Made by a program: the position numbers and the translations under genes. Of a stretch of 64,000 nucleotides of DNA, positions 49,046-57,951 are shown one piece after another. Within the stretch, counting starts at the first letter, position 1; each line of letters starts with the position of its first letter. The stretch comes from Candidatus Omnitrophota bacterium. GTDB lineage: Bacteria > Omnitrophota > Gorgyraeia > Aquiviventales > Aquiviventaceae. Under the pieces are notes generated by a model. That model was not told the origin of the DNA. It worked only from the letters and a program-made list of their open reading frames with translations, and searched no databases. Location of the stretch: NCBI GenBank assembly GCA_016193195.1, contig JACPSQ010000086.1, positions 17,299 to 81,298 on the forward strand. The letters are read 5' to 3'.

Positions 49046-49809
49046 TGGGCGGCGCGGAACGCGTCCTTGCGGTGATCCCGGCGCGCGGCGGCTCCAAGGG
49101 GCTGCCGGGAAAAAACGTGCGGCTGTTTGCGGGGCTGCCGCTGATCGCCCATTCGATCCGGTGCGCCAAGATGTGCTCCCAGATCGACCGGTGCGTCGTC
49201 TCGACTGACTCGGCTGACATCGCCGCCGTGGCGCGCCAGCATGGCGGCGAGGCGCCGTTCCTGCGTCCGCCGGAGCTTGCGCGCGATGAGAGCCCGATCT
49301 GGCCGGTGCTCCAGCACGCCCTGGGAGCGGTTGAGGAGTCCGAGCGAGCAGCCTACGCGTTCGTCGTGCTGCTCGATCCGACGTCGCCGTCGCGGGAGCC
49401 CTCAGATGTGGCGGAGGCCCTGCGCCGCCTGCGCGCGACCCCAGCAGCCGACGGCATCATCGGCGTCTCGCGACCCGAGTTCAATCCGATCTGGCACTGC
49501 GTGGTCGAGCGCACGGGGTGGATGGCGGACCTGATCGAGGCCGGCGCCCGCTATGAGCGCCGGCAAGACGTCCCGACGGTCTATCGCATCAACGGCTCGC
49601 TCTATCTGTGGCGGGCGGAGTTTGTGCGCCGATGCGAGCAGCCTTGGCGCCGCAGCGGCCGGCATCTCCTGTACGAAATCCCCGAGGCCCGCGCCATGTC
49701 CATCGATACCGTTGAGGAATTTGGGCGCGCGGAGACCCTGGTGAACGCCGGGCTGATCCGGCTGCCGTGGCTCGATGGGAGTTTGGTCAGGCCGGCGGGG
49801 GTGGCATGA
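49045..49809 (+). CDS. neuA: Acylneuraminate (nonulosonate) cytidylyltransferase
   Basis: 'IPARGGSKGLPGKN', 'VSTDS', 'LRPPELA', 'PTSP', 'RRQD', 'NGSLY', 'SIDT'. Confidence 0.9.
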   Translation: MGGAERVLAVIPARGGSKGLPGKNVRLFAGLPLIAHSIRCAKMCSQIDRCVVSTDSADIAAVARQHGGEAPFLRPPELARDESPIWPVLQHALGAVEESERAAYAFVVLLDPTSPSREPSDVAEALRRLRATPAADGIIGVSRPEFNPIWHCVVERTGWMADLIEAGARYERRQDVPTVYRINGSLYLWRAEFVRRCEQPWRRSGRHLLYEIPEARAMSIDTVEEFGRAETLVNAGLIRLPWLDGSLVRPAGVA

Positions 49810-50651
49810 CCCGGCTCCGGGAGCGCGCCACGAGGGCCCCGGCGGCCAAGGGATCGCTCGGCCGGCTCATGGATCTCTCCAGCCGGCGGGCGCTGGTCAC
49901 CGGCGGGGCGGGGCATATCGGCTTCGTCGTGGCCGAGTCGCTGGTCGAGCTGGGCGCCAAGGTGGCCCTGTTGGATGTCGAGGCCGACGCCTGCCGGCAG
50001 CGCCTCGCGCAGCTCTCGCGGCGGCGGGCGGACAGCGCCGTGGCGGTGCCGTGCGATCTCCTTGATGAGGCCTCCACGCGCCGCGCGGTCCAGGCCGCCG
50101 CGGCCCAGTGGGGAGGCTTGGAGATCCTGGTCCACTGCGCCGGGTATGTCGGCACGACGAAGGTGGACGGCTGGGCGGTCCCGTTCGGCGCGCAGACCGT
50201 CAAGGCGTGGGACGCGGCCATGCGGGTGAATGTCACCTCGGCGTTCGTCATGGTCCAGGAGGCCAAGGAGGCCCTTGCACAATCCGGGCATGGCTCGGTG
50301 ATCTTCCTCTCCTCGATCTACGGGGTGGTGGGCCCTGACCCGCGCCTCTATGCGGAATCCGAATTGGCCAACCCTGCAGGTTATGGGACCTCCAAAGGCG
50401 GGCTGTTGCAGCTCATGCGGTATCTGGCGACGACGCTGGCCCCGCGGGTTCGCGTGAACGCGGTCTCGCCTGGCGGCGTCTGGCGCCACCAGCCGGAGGC
50501 GTTCGTCCAGCGGTATCTGGCGCGCACCCCGTTGGGCCGGATGGCCACTGAGGAAGATGTGAAGGGCGCGGTGGCCTATCTGGCCAGCGACCTCTCTGCG
50601 TACGTGACAGGGCACAACCTGGTCGTCGACGGGGGGTGGACGGCATGGTGA
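49806..50651 (+). CDS. Classical SDR (PtmA/ElaC-like)
   Basis: 'TGGAGHIG', 'SSIYG', 'YGTSKGG', 'VSPGGV', 'YVTGHNLVVDGG'. Confidence 0.85.
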   Translation: MTRLRERATRAPAAKGSLGRLMDLSSRRALVTGGAGHIGFVVAESLVELGAKVALLDVEADACRQRLAQLSRRRADSAVAVPCDLLDEASTRRAVQAAAAQWGGLEILVHCAGYVGTTKVDGWAVPFGAQTVKAWDAAMRVNVTSAFVMVQEAKEALAQSGHGSVIFLSSIYGVVGPDPRLYAESELANPAGYGTSKGGLLQLMRYLATTLAPRVRVNAVSPGGVWRHQPEAFVQRYLARTPLGRMATEEDVKGAVAYLASDLSAYVTGHNLVVDGGWTAW

Positions 50652-51697
50652 GGGCCGTGATGATCGCCGGTCACCGGCTGGGAGCCGAATCCCCCTGCTT
50701 CATCGTGGCGGAGGCCGGCGTCAACCACAACGGCGATCTTAGGACGGCCCGGCGACTGGTGGACGTCGCGGTTGAGGCGCGGGCCGATGCCGTGAAGTTT
50801 CAGACGTTCAAGGCTGAGCGGCTCGCGACGGCGGCGGCGCCGAAGGCCCGCTACCAGCGCCGGACGCCGAAGGATGCCGAATCTCAGCTTGAGATGCTCA
50901 GGCGGCTTGAGCTCTCGCCCCAGGCGCACCGGGCGCTGGCGGACTACTGCCGCAGGCGCACGATCCTGTTTCTCTCGAGCCCGTTCGATGAGGAGAGCGT
51001 GGAGGCGCTTGCCCGTCTCGAGGTACCCGCCTTCAAGATCGCCTCAGGGGAGCTGACGAATCTCCCCCTGCTCGAGCGGATCGCGCGCACCGGCCGGCCA
51101 GTCATCCTGTCGACGGGGATGTCGACGCTGGAGGAGGTCCACGCGGCCGTGCGGGCCTTGCGCGGCGCCGGCACCACGCAGGTGGTGCTGCTGCACTGCG
51201 TCAGCAGCTACCCTGCCAGGGCCGCGGATGCGAATCTGCGGGCCATGGCCACGCTGGCGAGGGCCTTCCGGGTGCCGGTGGGCTACTCGGACCATACGCC
51301 GGGCGTGGAAGTGGCGCTCGCAGCGGTGGCGCTGGGGGCGTGCCTCATCGAGAAGCACGTTACGCTTGATCGCGCCCTCCCCGGACCAGATCACCGGGCG
51401 TCGCTTGAGCCGCAGGAATTCGCGGCGCTGGTTCGCGGCATCCGGACGGTCGAGCTGGCGATGGGCGACGGGCGCAAGCACCCCGCCCCCGGCGAGATCC
51501 AGATGGCGGCTGTGGCGCGCAGGAGCTTGGTGGCGGCTCAGGATGTCCGGGCCGGCACGCGGTTCACCGAGGCGCTCATCGCGATCAAGCGTCCGGGGAC
51601 GGGACTCACGCCCGCCCTGAGGCCGCGCCTGGTCGGGCGCGTCGCCAAGGCGGATATTGCGGTAGGGACACCCCTGACGTGGGAGATGGTCGCATGA
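50645..51697 (+). CDS. neuB: Nonulosonic acid synthase (NeuB/LegI)
   Basis: 'AEAGVNHNGD', 'AVKFQTF', 'KIASGELTN', 'LSTGM', 'LHCVSSYP', 'SDHT', 'IEKH', C-terminal SAF domain. Confidence 0.95.
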   Translation: MVRAVMIAGHRLGAESPCFIVAEAGVNHNGDLRTARRLVDVAVEARADAVKFQTFKAERLATAAAPKARYQRRTPKDAESQLEMLRRLELSPQAHRALADYCRRRTILFLSSPFDEESVEALARLEVPAFKIASGELTNLPLLERIARTGRPVILSTGMSTLEEVHAAVRALRGAGTTQVVLLHCVSSYPARAADANLRAMATLARAFRVPVGYSDHTPGVEVALAAVALGACLIEKHVTLDRALPGPDHRASLEPQEFAALVRGIRTVELAMGDGRKHPAPGEIQMAAVARRSLVAAQDVRAGTRFTEALIAIKRPGTGLTPALRPRLVGRVAKADIAVGTPLTWEMVA

Positions 51698-51713
51698 AAG
51701 GAGGCAGGCGCGG

Positions 51714-51917
51714 ATGCCCAAGTTTCTGAAAGGGAACTACCGGTTGCCGAAAGGCAAGGCCACACTAGCAAGGAAACAGGCGCGCAAGGATCTGACCCAG
51801 CAATTCGAGGAACGCGCGCTGGCGAAGCTGGGAGGAAGCCTCTGCTTCGTCATGAAGAAAGGGACGTTCGTCTGGACCGACGAGGCTGATGAAGGCGCTC
51901 GCCAAGCATCTGGTTGA
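51714..51917 (+). CDS. Small basic hypothetical protein (67 aa)
   Basis: Strong AAGGAGG RBS upstream; fills the neuB to Maf-like gap; overlaps the next start. Confidence 0.55.
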   Translation: MPKFLKGNYRLPKGKATLARKQARKDLTQQFEERALAKLGGSLCFVMKKGTFVWTDEADEGARQASG

Positions 51918-52914
51918 CCGCATGGACCGGCTGACCGCCGCACGGTCAGTCGAGGCGGCGGTCAAGAACGTCCAGGCCAATCAGCCCTACATCCGTCTGA
52001 CGATTGCGGATCTGGCCGCGCAGGCGCGCCGGTCTCCTCCGGACTCGGCGGTCGTCATCGGGGCCGGCCCGAGCCTGCACCGCCGCAACCCCGTCGCCCA
52101 GCTCCTCGAGAGCGGCTATGAGGGCGCGGTGGTCGCCGCCGACGGCGCGCTGGGCTATTGCTTGCGCAACGGCTTGGTGCCGGAGTACGTCGTCACCTTG
52201 GACCCGCACCCGGCGCGGGTCTGCCGGTGGTTCGGAGATCCGGAGCTCGAGTCCCGGCGGGACGGGGACGACTACTTCCGGCGGCAGGACTTGGATCCCT
52301 ATTTGGGAGTGGAGGAGTTCAAGCGGAATCGAGCGTTGATCGAGCTGGTCAACCGTCACGGTCCCTCCATCAAGGCGATCATCTGCACCAGCGTGGCCTC
52401 CAACGTGACCAAGCGGTGCGTGGAGTCGGGGATGGAGCTCTACTGGTGGAACCCGCTGGTGGATGACGTCGAGCAGCCCAAGAGCCTGACCCGCCGGCTC
52501 CACCGCCTGAACGGCGCCCCGTGCATGGTCAGCGGCGGGAATGTGGGGGCCTCGGCGTGGGTGGCCGCCAGCCAGGTGCTGGGCGCTCGGGAGATCGCCG
52601 TCACGGGGATGGACTTCAGCTACCCGCCGGGGACGCCGATGGAGAAGACGCAGTACTTTAAAGAGCTGGTGGAGCTCTTTGGCAAGCGCGCCCACGACGC
52701 CTTGATTGTGGTTAGGAATCCGCATCTCAACGAAACGTGGTTGACGGATCCGGCGTACTACTGGTACCGCGAGACGTTCCTCCGGCTGGCCGCCCAGGCC
52801 GAGGCGGTCACGTACAACTGCACCGAAGGCGGGATCCTGTTCGGCAAGGCGGTCCGGTGGACGTCCTTGCGGGCCTTCCTGGCGGCCCGGCGCGCGGCCG
52901 AAGCGGTCCATTGA
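51889..52914 (+). CDS. Maf/DUF115 (MptE-like) protein, candidate nonulosonate transferase
   Basis: 'VIGAGPSL', 'ADGA', 'VTLDP', 'GGNVG', 'GMDFSY', 'YNCTEGG'. Confidence 0.8.
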   Translation: MKALAKHLVDRMDRLTAARSVEAAVKNVQANQPYIRLTIADLAAQARRSPPDSAVVIGAGPSLHRRNPVAQLLESGYEGAVVAADGALGYCLRNGLVPEYVVTLDPHPARVCRWFGDPELESRRDGDDYFRRQDLDPYLGVEEFKRNRALIELVNRHGPSIKAIICTSVASNVTKRCVESGMELYWWNPLVDDVEQPKSLTRRLHRLNGAPCMVSGGNVGASAWVAASQVLGAREIAVTGMDFSYPPGTPMEKTQYFKELVELFGKRAHDALIVVRNPHLNETWLTDPAYYWYRETFLRLAAQAEAVTYNCTEGGILFGKAVRWTSLRAFLAARRAAEAVH

Positions 52915-52917
52915 GCC

Positions 52918-54522
52918 ATGGCGAAAATCCTCTTCATCAATCCGGTGATTCGCGAAGAAGACGATCCCAAGCACGTGCCCTACGGGATCGCGCTCTTGGC
53001 GGCCCTTGCCATCCAGAAGGGCCACAAAGTTCAGGTCTACGACGCCAATGGCTGGCGGCTGGGCGATGAAGCCTTGCGCGAGGCGATCGAGGCGGATGAG
53101 TGGGACGTGATCGCCTCCGGGTGCATCACCACCGGCTACGGGTCGCTGAAAAAGATCGTCCAGTGTGCCAAGCAGTATGCGCCGCGCGCGGTGGTGGTGG
53201 TCGGCGGCGGGGTGCTGACCAGCATGCCCTTTGAGATCATGACGTTCCTTCCCCAGGTCGACGTCGGGATCGTGGGCGAGGCCTTCGTGACGTTGCTCGA
53301 GCTGCTGGAGCGGATCGATCGCCGCGAGCGGGATTGGTCGGCGGTCAAGGGCGTGATCTATCGGGCGGCATCCGGCGAGCTGCAGCTGACGGAGATCCGT
53401 CCCCTCATCGGCCGCGAGGCGCTCGATCAGCTGCCGTATCCCGCCTGGGAGCTGTTCCCGCTGGAGCTCTACTGGAAACACAGCCAGCTGCTCTACAGCG
53501 AGGAAGCATTCACGTCGAAGCGCCGCCTGGACATCAACGCCAGCTACGGGTGCTCTTTGATCTGCCGGTTCTGTTTTCATCTGGGGATCACGGGGGACCT
53601 GAACTATACCAACGCCCCCGGCGGCAAGCGGGATGTGGAATTCACCTACAAGCGGGAGATTCGATGGCACAGCGCCGAGTATGTGGTGCGCATGGTCCGA
53701 TACATGCGGGATCGATTCGGCGTGGACTTCGTGCTCTTCCTCGATGAGAACCTCATGACGATGAACTCCTACAGCCACTGGACGTGGCTGCCTGAAGTGG
53801 CCAAGGCCTGGATCGACGCGGGCTTGCAGCCAAGCTGCCGGCGGGAGAAGAGACCCCATGATACGAAGTGTCGTGGAGTACACTGGGGCGGGACAAGCCA
53901 CGCGACCCTCGTGCGCAAGGATTTGTTGAAGATCCTCTTCGACTCCGGGTGCAGCCAGCTCCTGTATGGGTATGAGTCATTTTCCGACCGCATCCTCCGA
54001 AACGTCGGCAAGGGCACCACCGCAGCGCTCAATGAGCGCTCGCTCAAGTGGACGATCGAGGCCGGCATCCGGCCGATCCCCAATCAGATCATCGGCTTTC
54101 CCGATGAGTTTTTCGACAGCATCCGGGACAGCGTCCGCGCCTGGGAGCGCATGGGGATTGTGGTGAAGCCGTTCTTCGCCACTCCCTACCCGGGCTCCGA
54201 GTGGTATTACACCTACAAGGATCGGATCTTGGAGCAATACAACGGAGACCTGGAAGCGTTCCTGCTGGATCTAGGCGATGCCACGAAGATTACCGCGGTC
54301 ATCAGCGAAAATTTCAACGCCGTGGAGCTGCTCGGCCTGCGCGAGCTCATGGTCAACCGTGACCTCAAGCACATCGATGAGTACGAGCGTCTGTGGCGAA
54401 GCCGGCACGGCGAGCCGTTCATTCCCGATTTTCGACGGTTTCCACGCGTCCAAGCCAAAGACCTCAGGGTCTTACAAACGCAGACGCCATCGCAACCGGT
54501 GGTCGAGGAAGTCACAGCATGA
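52918..54522 (+). CDS. B12-binding-domain radical SAM protein
   Basis: 'PYGIALLAA', 'VGGG', 'GEA', 'LPYPAW', 'SYGCSLICRFC', 'LDENL', 'GYES', 'IGFPDE', 'TPYPGS'. Confidence 0.87.
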   Translation: MAKILFINPVIREEDDPKHVPYGIALLAALAIQKGHKVQVYDANGWRLGDEALREAIEADEWDVIASGCITTGYGSLKKIVQCAKQYAPRAVVVVGGGVLTSMPFEIMTFLPQVDVGIVGEAFVTLLELLERIDRRERDWSAVKGVIYRAASGELQLTEIRPLIGREALDQLPYPAWELFPLELYWKHSQLLYSEEAFTSKRRLDINASYGCSLICRFCFHLGITGDLNYTNAPGGKRDVEFTYKREIRWHSAEYVVRMVRYMRDRFGVDFVLFLDENLMTMNSYSHWTWLPEVAKAWIDAGLQPSCRREKRPHDTKCRGVHWGGTSHATLVRKDLLKILFDSGCSQLLYGYESFSDRILRNVGKGTTAALNERSLKWTIEAGIRPIPNQIIGFPDEFFDSIRDSVRAWERMGIVVKPFFATPYPGSEWYYTYKDRILEQYNGDLEAFLLDLGDATKITAVISENFNAVELLGLRELMVNRDLKHIDEYERLWRSRHGEPFIPDFRRFPRVQAKDLRVLQTQTPSQPVVEEVTA

Positions 54523-55718
54523 GAACGATTGGTGTCGTGACGGTCAACCGGTCGGATTACGGCATCTCCCTGCCGATCCTCCGGCGAATCCAGCAAGAAC
54601 CTGAACTGGCCCTCCACCTGATTGTCGCTGGGGCGCATCTGTCACCGGAGTTCGGGCTGACCGTCACGGCCATCGAGGCCGACGGGTTTCACATAGGCGA
54701 CCGGGTGGAGATGTTGGTGTCGTCAGACACGCCGGAGGGGATTGTGAAATCGATGGGCCTGGGCCTGATCGGGTTTGCGCAGAGCTTCACTCGCCGGCGG
54801 CCCGATATGGTGGTCGTCGTGGCGGATCGCTTTGAGATGCATGCCGCAGCCTTGGCCGCGCTGCCGCTGAAGATCCCCCTCGCGCATGTCCACGGGGGAG
54901 AGCTGAGCCAAGGCGCCATGGATGATGCGCTGCGGCATTCGATCACGAAACTCAGTCACCTCCATTTTGTCTCGACGAAAGAAGCGGCTCATCGCGTCCG
55001 GCAGATGGGGGAGGAGGCCTGGCGTGTGGTTGTGTCTGGCGCGCCCAGCCTTGATCATGTGCGCACGATCCCTCGCCTGTCAATCCAGGAATTGGAAGCC
55101 CGCGTTGGGATGCGTTTGGGGCAGGCGCCGCTGCTGGTGACCTATCATCCCGTGACGCTGGAGTATGAGCAAACCGAATGGCAGATCGGCGAACTGCTGG
55201 CGGCGCTGCAGGCGATCACGCGCCCCATGGTGTTCACGCTTCCCAACCCCGATACCAGCAGCCGAGTGATCCGTCGTATGATCGAGGCCTTTCTCGAGCG
55301 ACAGCCACACGCCAGGCTCGTGGAGAATTTTGGCACTCAGGGCTACTTGAGCATCATGGGCTATGCGGCCGCGATGGTCGGCAACTCCTCCAGCGGAATC
55401 ATCGAGGCACCATCCTTTGAGCTGCCGGTGGTCAACATCGGCACGAGGCAGGAGGGGCGGGTCAGGGCCGACAACGTGATTGATGTGAACTGCGCTCGGG
55501 CCGACATCGCTCAGGGCATCGTTCGAGCGCTTGCTCCGACATTCCGTGCGCGTCTGCGAGGGCTCCACAATCCTTACGGGCAGGGCGATGCGGCTGAGAT
55601 CATCGTTGGGCGGCTCAAGGACATTCCGTTGGATGCGCGGCTTATCCGAAAACGATTCATCGATCAGCCAGGCCAGGCGGATGCGGCCGACCCACAGGCA
55701 AGCCTCTATGCCCGTTGA
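54519..55718 (+). CDS. neuC: Hydrolysing NDP-N-acetyl-sugar 2-epimerase (NeuC/LegG)
   Basis: 'RSDYG', 'HLSPEFG', 'DRFEM', 'HVHGGE', 'RHSITKLSHLH', 'GNSSSGIIEAP', 'RQEGR'. Confidence 0.93.
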   Translation: MRTIGVVTVNRSDYGISLPILRRIQQEPELALHLIVAGAHLSPEFGLTVTAIEADGFHIGDRVEMLVSSDTPEGIVKSMGLGLIGFAQSFTRRRPDMVVVVADRFEMHAAALAALPLKIPLAHVHGGELSQGAMDDALRHSITKLSHLHFVSTKEAAHRVRQMGEEAWRVVVSGAPSLDHVRTIPRLSIQELEARVGMRLGQAPLLVTYHPVTLEYEQTEWQIGELLAALQAITRPMVFTLPNPDTSSRVIRRMIEAFLERQPHARLVENFGTQGYLSIMGYAAAMVGNSSSGIIEAPSFELPVVNIGTRQEGRVRADNVIDVNCARADIAQGIVRALAPTFRARLRGLHNPYGQGDAAEIIVGRLKDIPLDARLIRKRFIDQPGQADAADPQASLYAR

Positions 55719-56403
55719 CGTGCCGACGTGCGTGATCCTTGGCGGGGGCGGCCATGCGCGCGTGCTCATCGATTGCTTGCGCGCGAGCGAGGTCGCGCTT
55801 CCTTATGCGGTGCTGGATGCGGATCGATCGTTGTGGGGACGTGAGGTGCTCGGCGTGCCGGTTCGGGGTGGAGATGGCTTGCTTCCCGACTTGCTGCGAG
55901 AGGGCATTCGGCATTTTGTCGTTGGGGTGGGCGGGATCGGCGACAACGAACCACGCCGCCGGTTATTTGAGCGGGCCCGGCGACAAGGGCTGACGCCGCT
56001 GCGCGTGTGCCATCCGTCAGCGATGTGTTCGCCGTCGGCGGTCATTGGGCAGGGCACCGTCGTCTTCCCGCACGCGGTGGTCAATACCGGCGCGCGCCTC
56101 GGAGTCAATGTCATCGTGAACACCTCGGCGGTCATCGAGCACGACTGCGTCGTCGGCGACCATGTTCATGTGGCGACCGGAGCTGTGCTCTGCAGCACGG
56201 TGCATGTGGGCGTGCTGGCTCACATCGGTGCAGGGGCTGTCGTGCGGCAATGTCTGACGATTGGTGAAGGAGCCGTGGTAGGCGCTGGCGCTGCGGTTGT
56301 CAGGGACGTTCCTGCTGGCGTCACGGTGTTTGGAGTTCCGGCTGAGCCCGCCGATTCGATCCTCGGTGGAGTGGAAGACCTGCGGCGGGAGAATCTGGGA
56401 TGA
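55708..56403 (+). CDS. Sugar acetyltransferase, NeuD/PglD/LegH family
   Basis: 'GGGGHARV', 'HPSA', 'NTSAVIEHDC', 'GAGAAVVRDVP...GVPA'. Confidence 0.88.
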   Translation: MPVDVPTCVILGGGGHARVLIDCLRASEVALPYAVLDADRSLWGREVLGVPVRGGDGLLPDLLREGIRHFVVGVGGIGDNEPRRRLFERARRQGLTPLRVCHPSAMCSPSAVIGQGTVVFPHAVVNTGARLGVNVIVNTSAVIEHDCVVGDHVHVATGAVLCSTVHVGVLAHIGAGAVVRQCLTIGEGAVVGAGAAVVRDVPAGVTVFGVPAEPADSILGGVEDLRRENLG

Positions 56404-57269
56404 GCATTCGCATCATTCCGCGGCTGGATATCAAGGGTCCAAACCTGGTCAAGGGCATCCACTTGGAGGGGCTGCGCGTCCTGGGAAAACCCGAGCGGTT
56501 CGCCAGGTCCTACTACGAGCAGGGGGCTGATGAGCTCCTCTACATGGATGTGGTGGCGAGTCTCTATGGGCGCAACAGCCTGCTGGAGATCGTGCGGCGA
56601 ACGGCGCAGGAGATCTTTATCCCGCTGACCGTGGGAGGCGGCTTGAGGAGCCTTGAGGACATCATGGCCGTCTTGCGGGCCGGCGCTGACAAGGTCTCGC
56701 TCAACACCGCCGCGGTTGGCAACCCTGAGTTCATCCGGACGGCCTCGCGGCGGTTCGGGTCTTCCACCATCGTGGTCTCGATCGAGGCGATCCGGCAACC
56801 CGACGGGCGCTACCAGGCCTACACGGACAACGGGCGCCAGACGACCGGGCTGGATGCGGTGCAGTGGGCCATCCAAGCCGCCGAGCTGGGGGCCGGAGAG
56901 CTCCTGGTGACGTCGATTGACCGCGAAGGCACCGGCAAGGGGTTCGATCTTGAGCTGACGCGGCGAATCGCCGAGTCGGTGCCGATTCCTGTCATCGCCT
57001 GCGGAGGGGCGGGAACCGTGGAACACGTGGTGGAGGTCATCCGCGAGGGCCGGGCGGATGCCGTGTGCCTGGCTTCGATGTTGCACTACGCCTTCATCCG
57101 TGACGACCCCGGCACGGACGATTTTTCTACGGAGGGCAACACGGAATACCTGAAGACGCGCGGCAAGCTCTCGAGGATCCACGAGGCGAAGTTGCCCCAG
57201 ATCAAGGCGGCGCTGCCGGCGCGGGGCGTCCCGTGCCGCCCGGCCGCGGAAGCCGCTGTCCATGTCTGA
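56400..57269 (+). CDS. hisF: HisF-like cyclase paralog (WbuZ-type, ammonia channel for the amidotransferase)
   Basis: 'RIIPRLDIK', 'PLTVGGG', 'GADKVSLNT', 'TSIDREGT..GFD'. Confidence 0.85.
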   Translation: MSIRIIPRLDIKGPNLVKGIHLEGLRVLGKPERFARSYYEQGADELLYMDVVASLYGRNSLLEIVRRTAQEIFIPLTVGGGLRSLEDIMAVLRAGADKVSLNTAAVGNPEFIRTASRRFGSSTIVVSIEAIRQPDGRYQAYTDNGRQTTGLDAVQWAIQAAELGAGELLVTSIDREGTGKGFDLELTRRIAESVPIPVIACGGAGTVEHVVEVIREGRADAVCLASMLHYAFIRDDPGTDDFSTEGNTEYLKTRGKLSRIHEAKLPQIKAALPARGVPCRPAAEAAVHV

Positions 57270-57951
57270 GACCAAGCCGACGCGTGTGGCGATCGTGGAC
57301 TACGGAATGGGGAATCTATTCAGCGTCCAGCAGGCGTGCGCGCAGGCGGGGCTGGCCGCCGCGGTCACGGCGGAGCCGCAGACGGTGCTGGAGACGGATG
57401 CCGTGATCCTGCCCGGCGTGGGTGCATTCGGCGACGCCATGGCCGAGCTGACCCGTCGGGATCTCGTCGTCCCGCTGCGGGACGCCGTCGCCTCCGGCAA
57501 GCCGCTCCTAGGTATCTGCCTCGGGATGCAACTGCTGATGAGCGAGAGTCACGAGTTCGGACGACACCGAGGCCTGAACATCATCGAAGGTGAGGTGGTG
57601 CGCCTCCCGGTCAGCGCGGAGGAGCCGCCGCGGAGGGTCAAGGTACCTGAAGTGGGCTGGAATCCGGTGTGGCCTGTTCGGGAGGACGCGTGGGTGGGGA
57701 GCTTGCTGGAGGGTATCCCGGCGGGTGCGTGCATGTATTTTGTCCACTCCTACTACGTTCGTCCTGTGGATGCTACGCTAATCCTCTCCACGACGACCTA
57801 TGGACCGATCACCTATTGCTCGAGTCTGCAGTTTGGAAACGTCTTCGGCTGTCAGTTTCACCCTGAGCGGAGCGGCCCGGCGGGGTTGAAGATCTACCGG
57901 AATCTGGCCACCAGGCTGGGACGGCTGTATGCGGAGGTTGAGCGGTCATGA
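57262..57951 (+). CDS. hisH: HisH-like glutamine amidotransferase (WbuY-type)
   Basis: 'DYGMGNL', 'LPGVG', 'GICLGMQ', 'YFVHSY', 'QFHPE'. Confidence 0.88.
   Translation: MSETKPTRVAIVDYGMGNLFSVQQACAQAGLAAAVTAEPQTVLETDAVILPGVGAFGDAMAELTRRDLVVPLRDAVASGKPLLGICLGMQLLMSESHEFGRHRGLNIIEGEVVRLPVSAEEPPRRVKVPEVGWNPVWPVREDAWVGSLLEGIPAGACMYFVHSYYVRPVDATLILSTTTYGPITYCSSLQFGNVFGCQFHPERSGPAGLKIYRNLATRLGRLYAEVERS

Noticed and set aside
51946-53901. 651-aa minus-strand ORF (also 7512-8849, 36158-37351, 59324-60361 and others)
   Set aside because: These are antisense shadows of well-supported plus-strand genes in high-GC DNA, with no recognisable motifs.
56400-57951. Histidine biosynthesis operon
   Set aside because: No other his genes are present. 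HisF/HisH paralogs adjoining a WbuX-type amidotransferase are a known glycan-modification triad.
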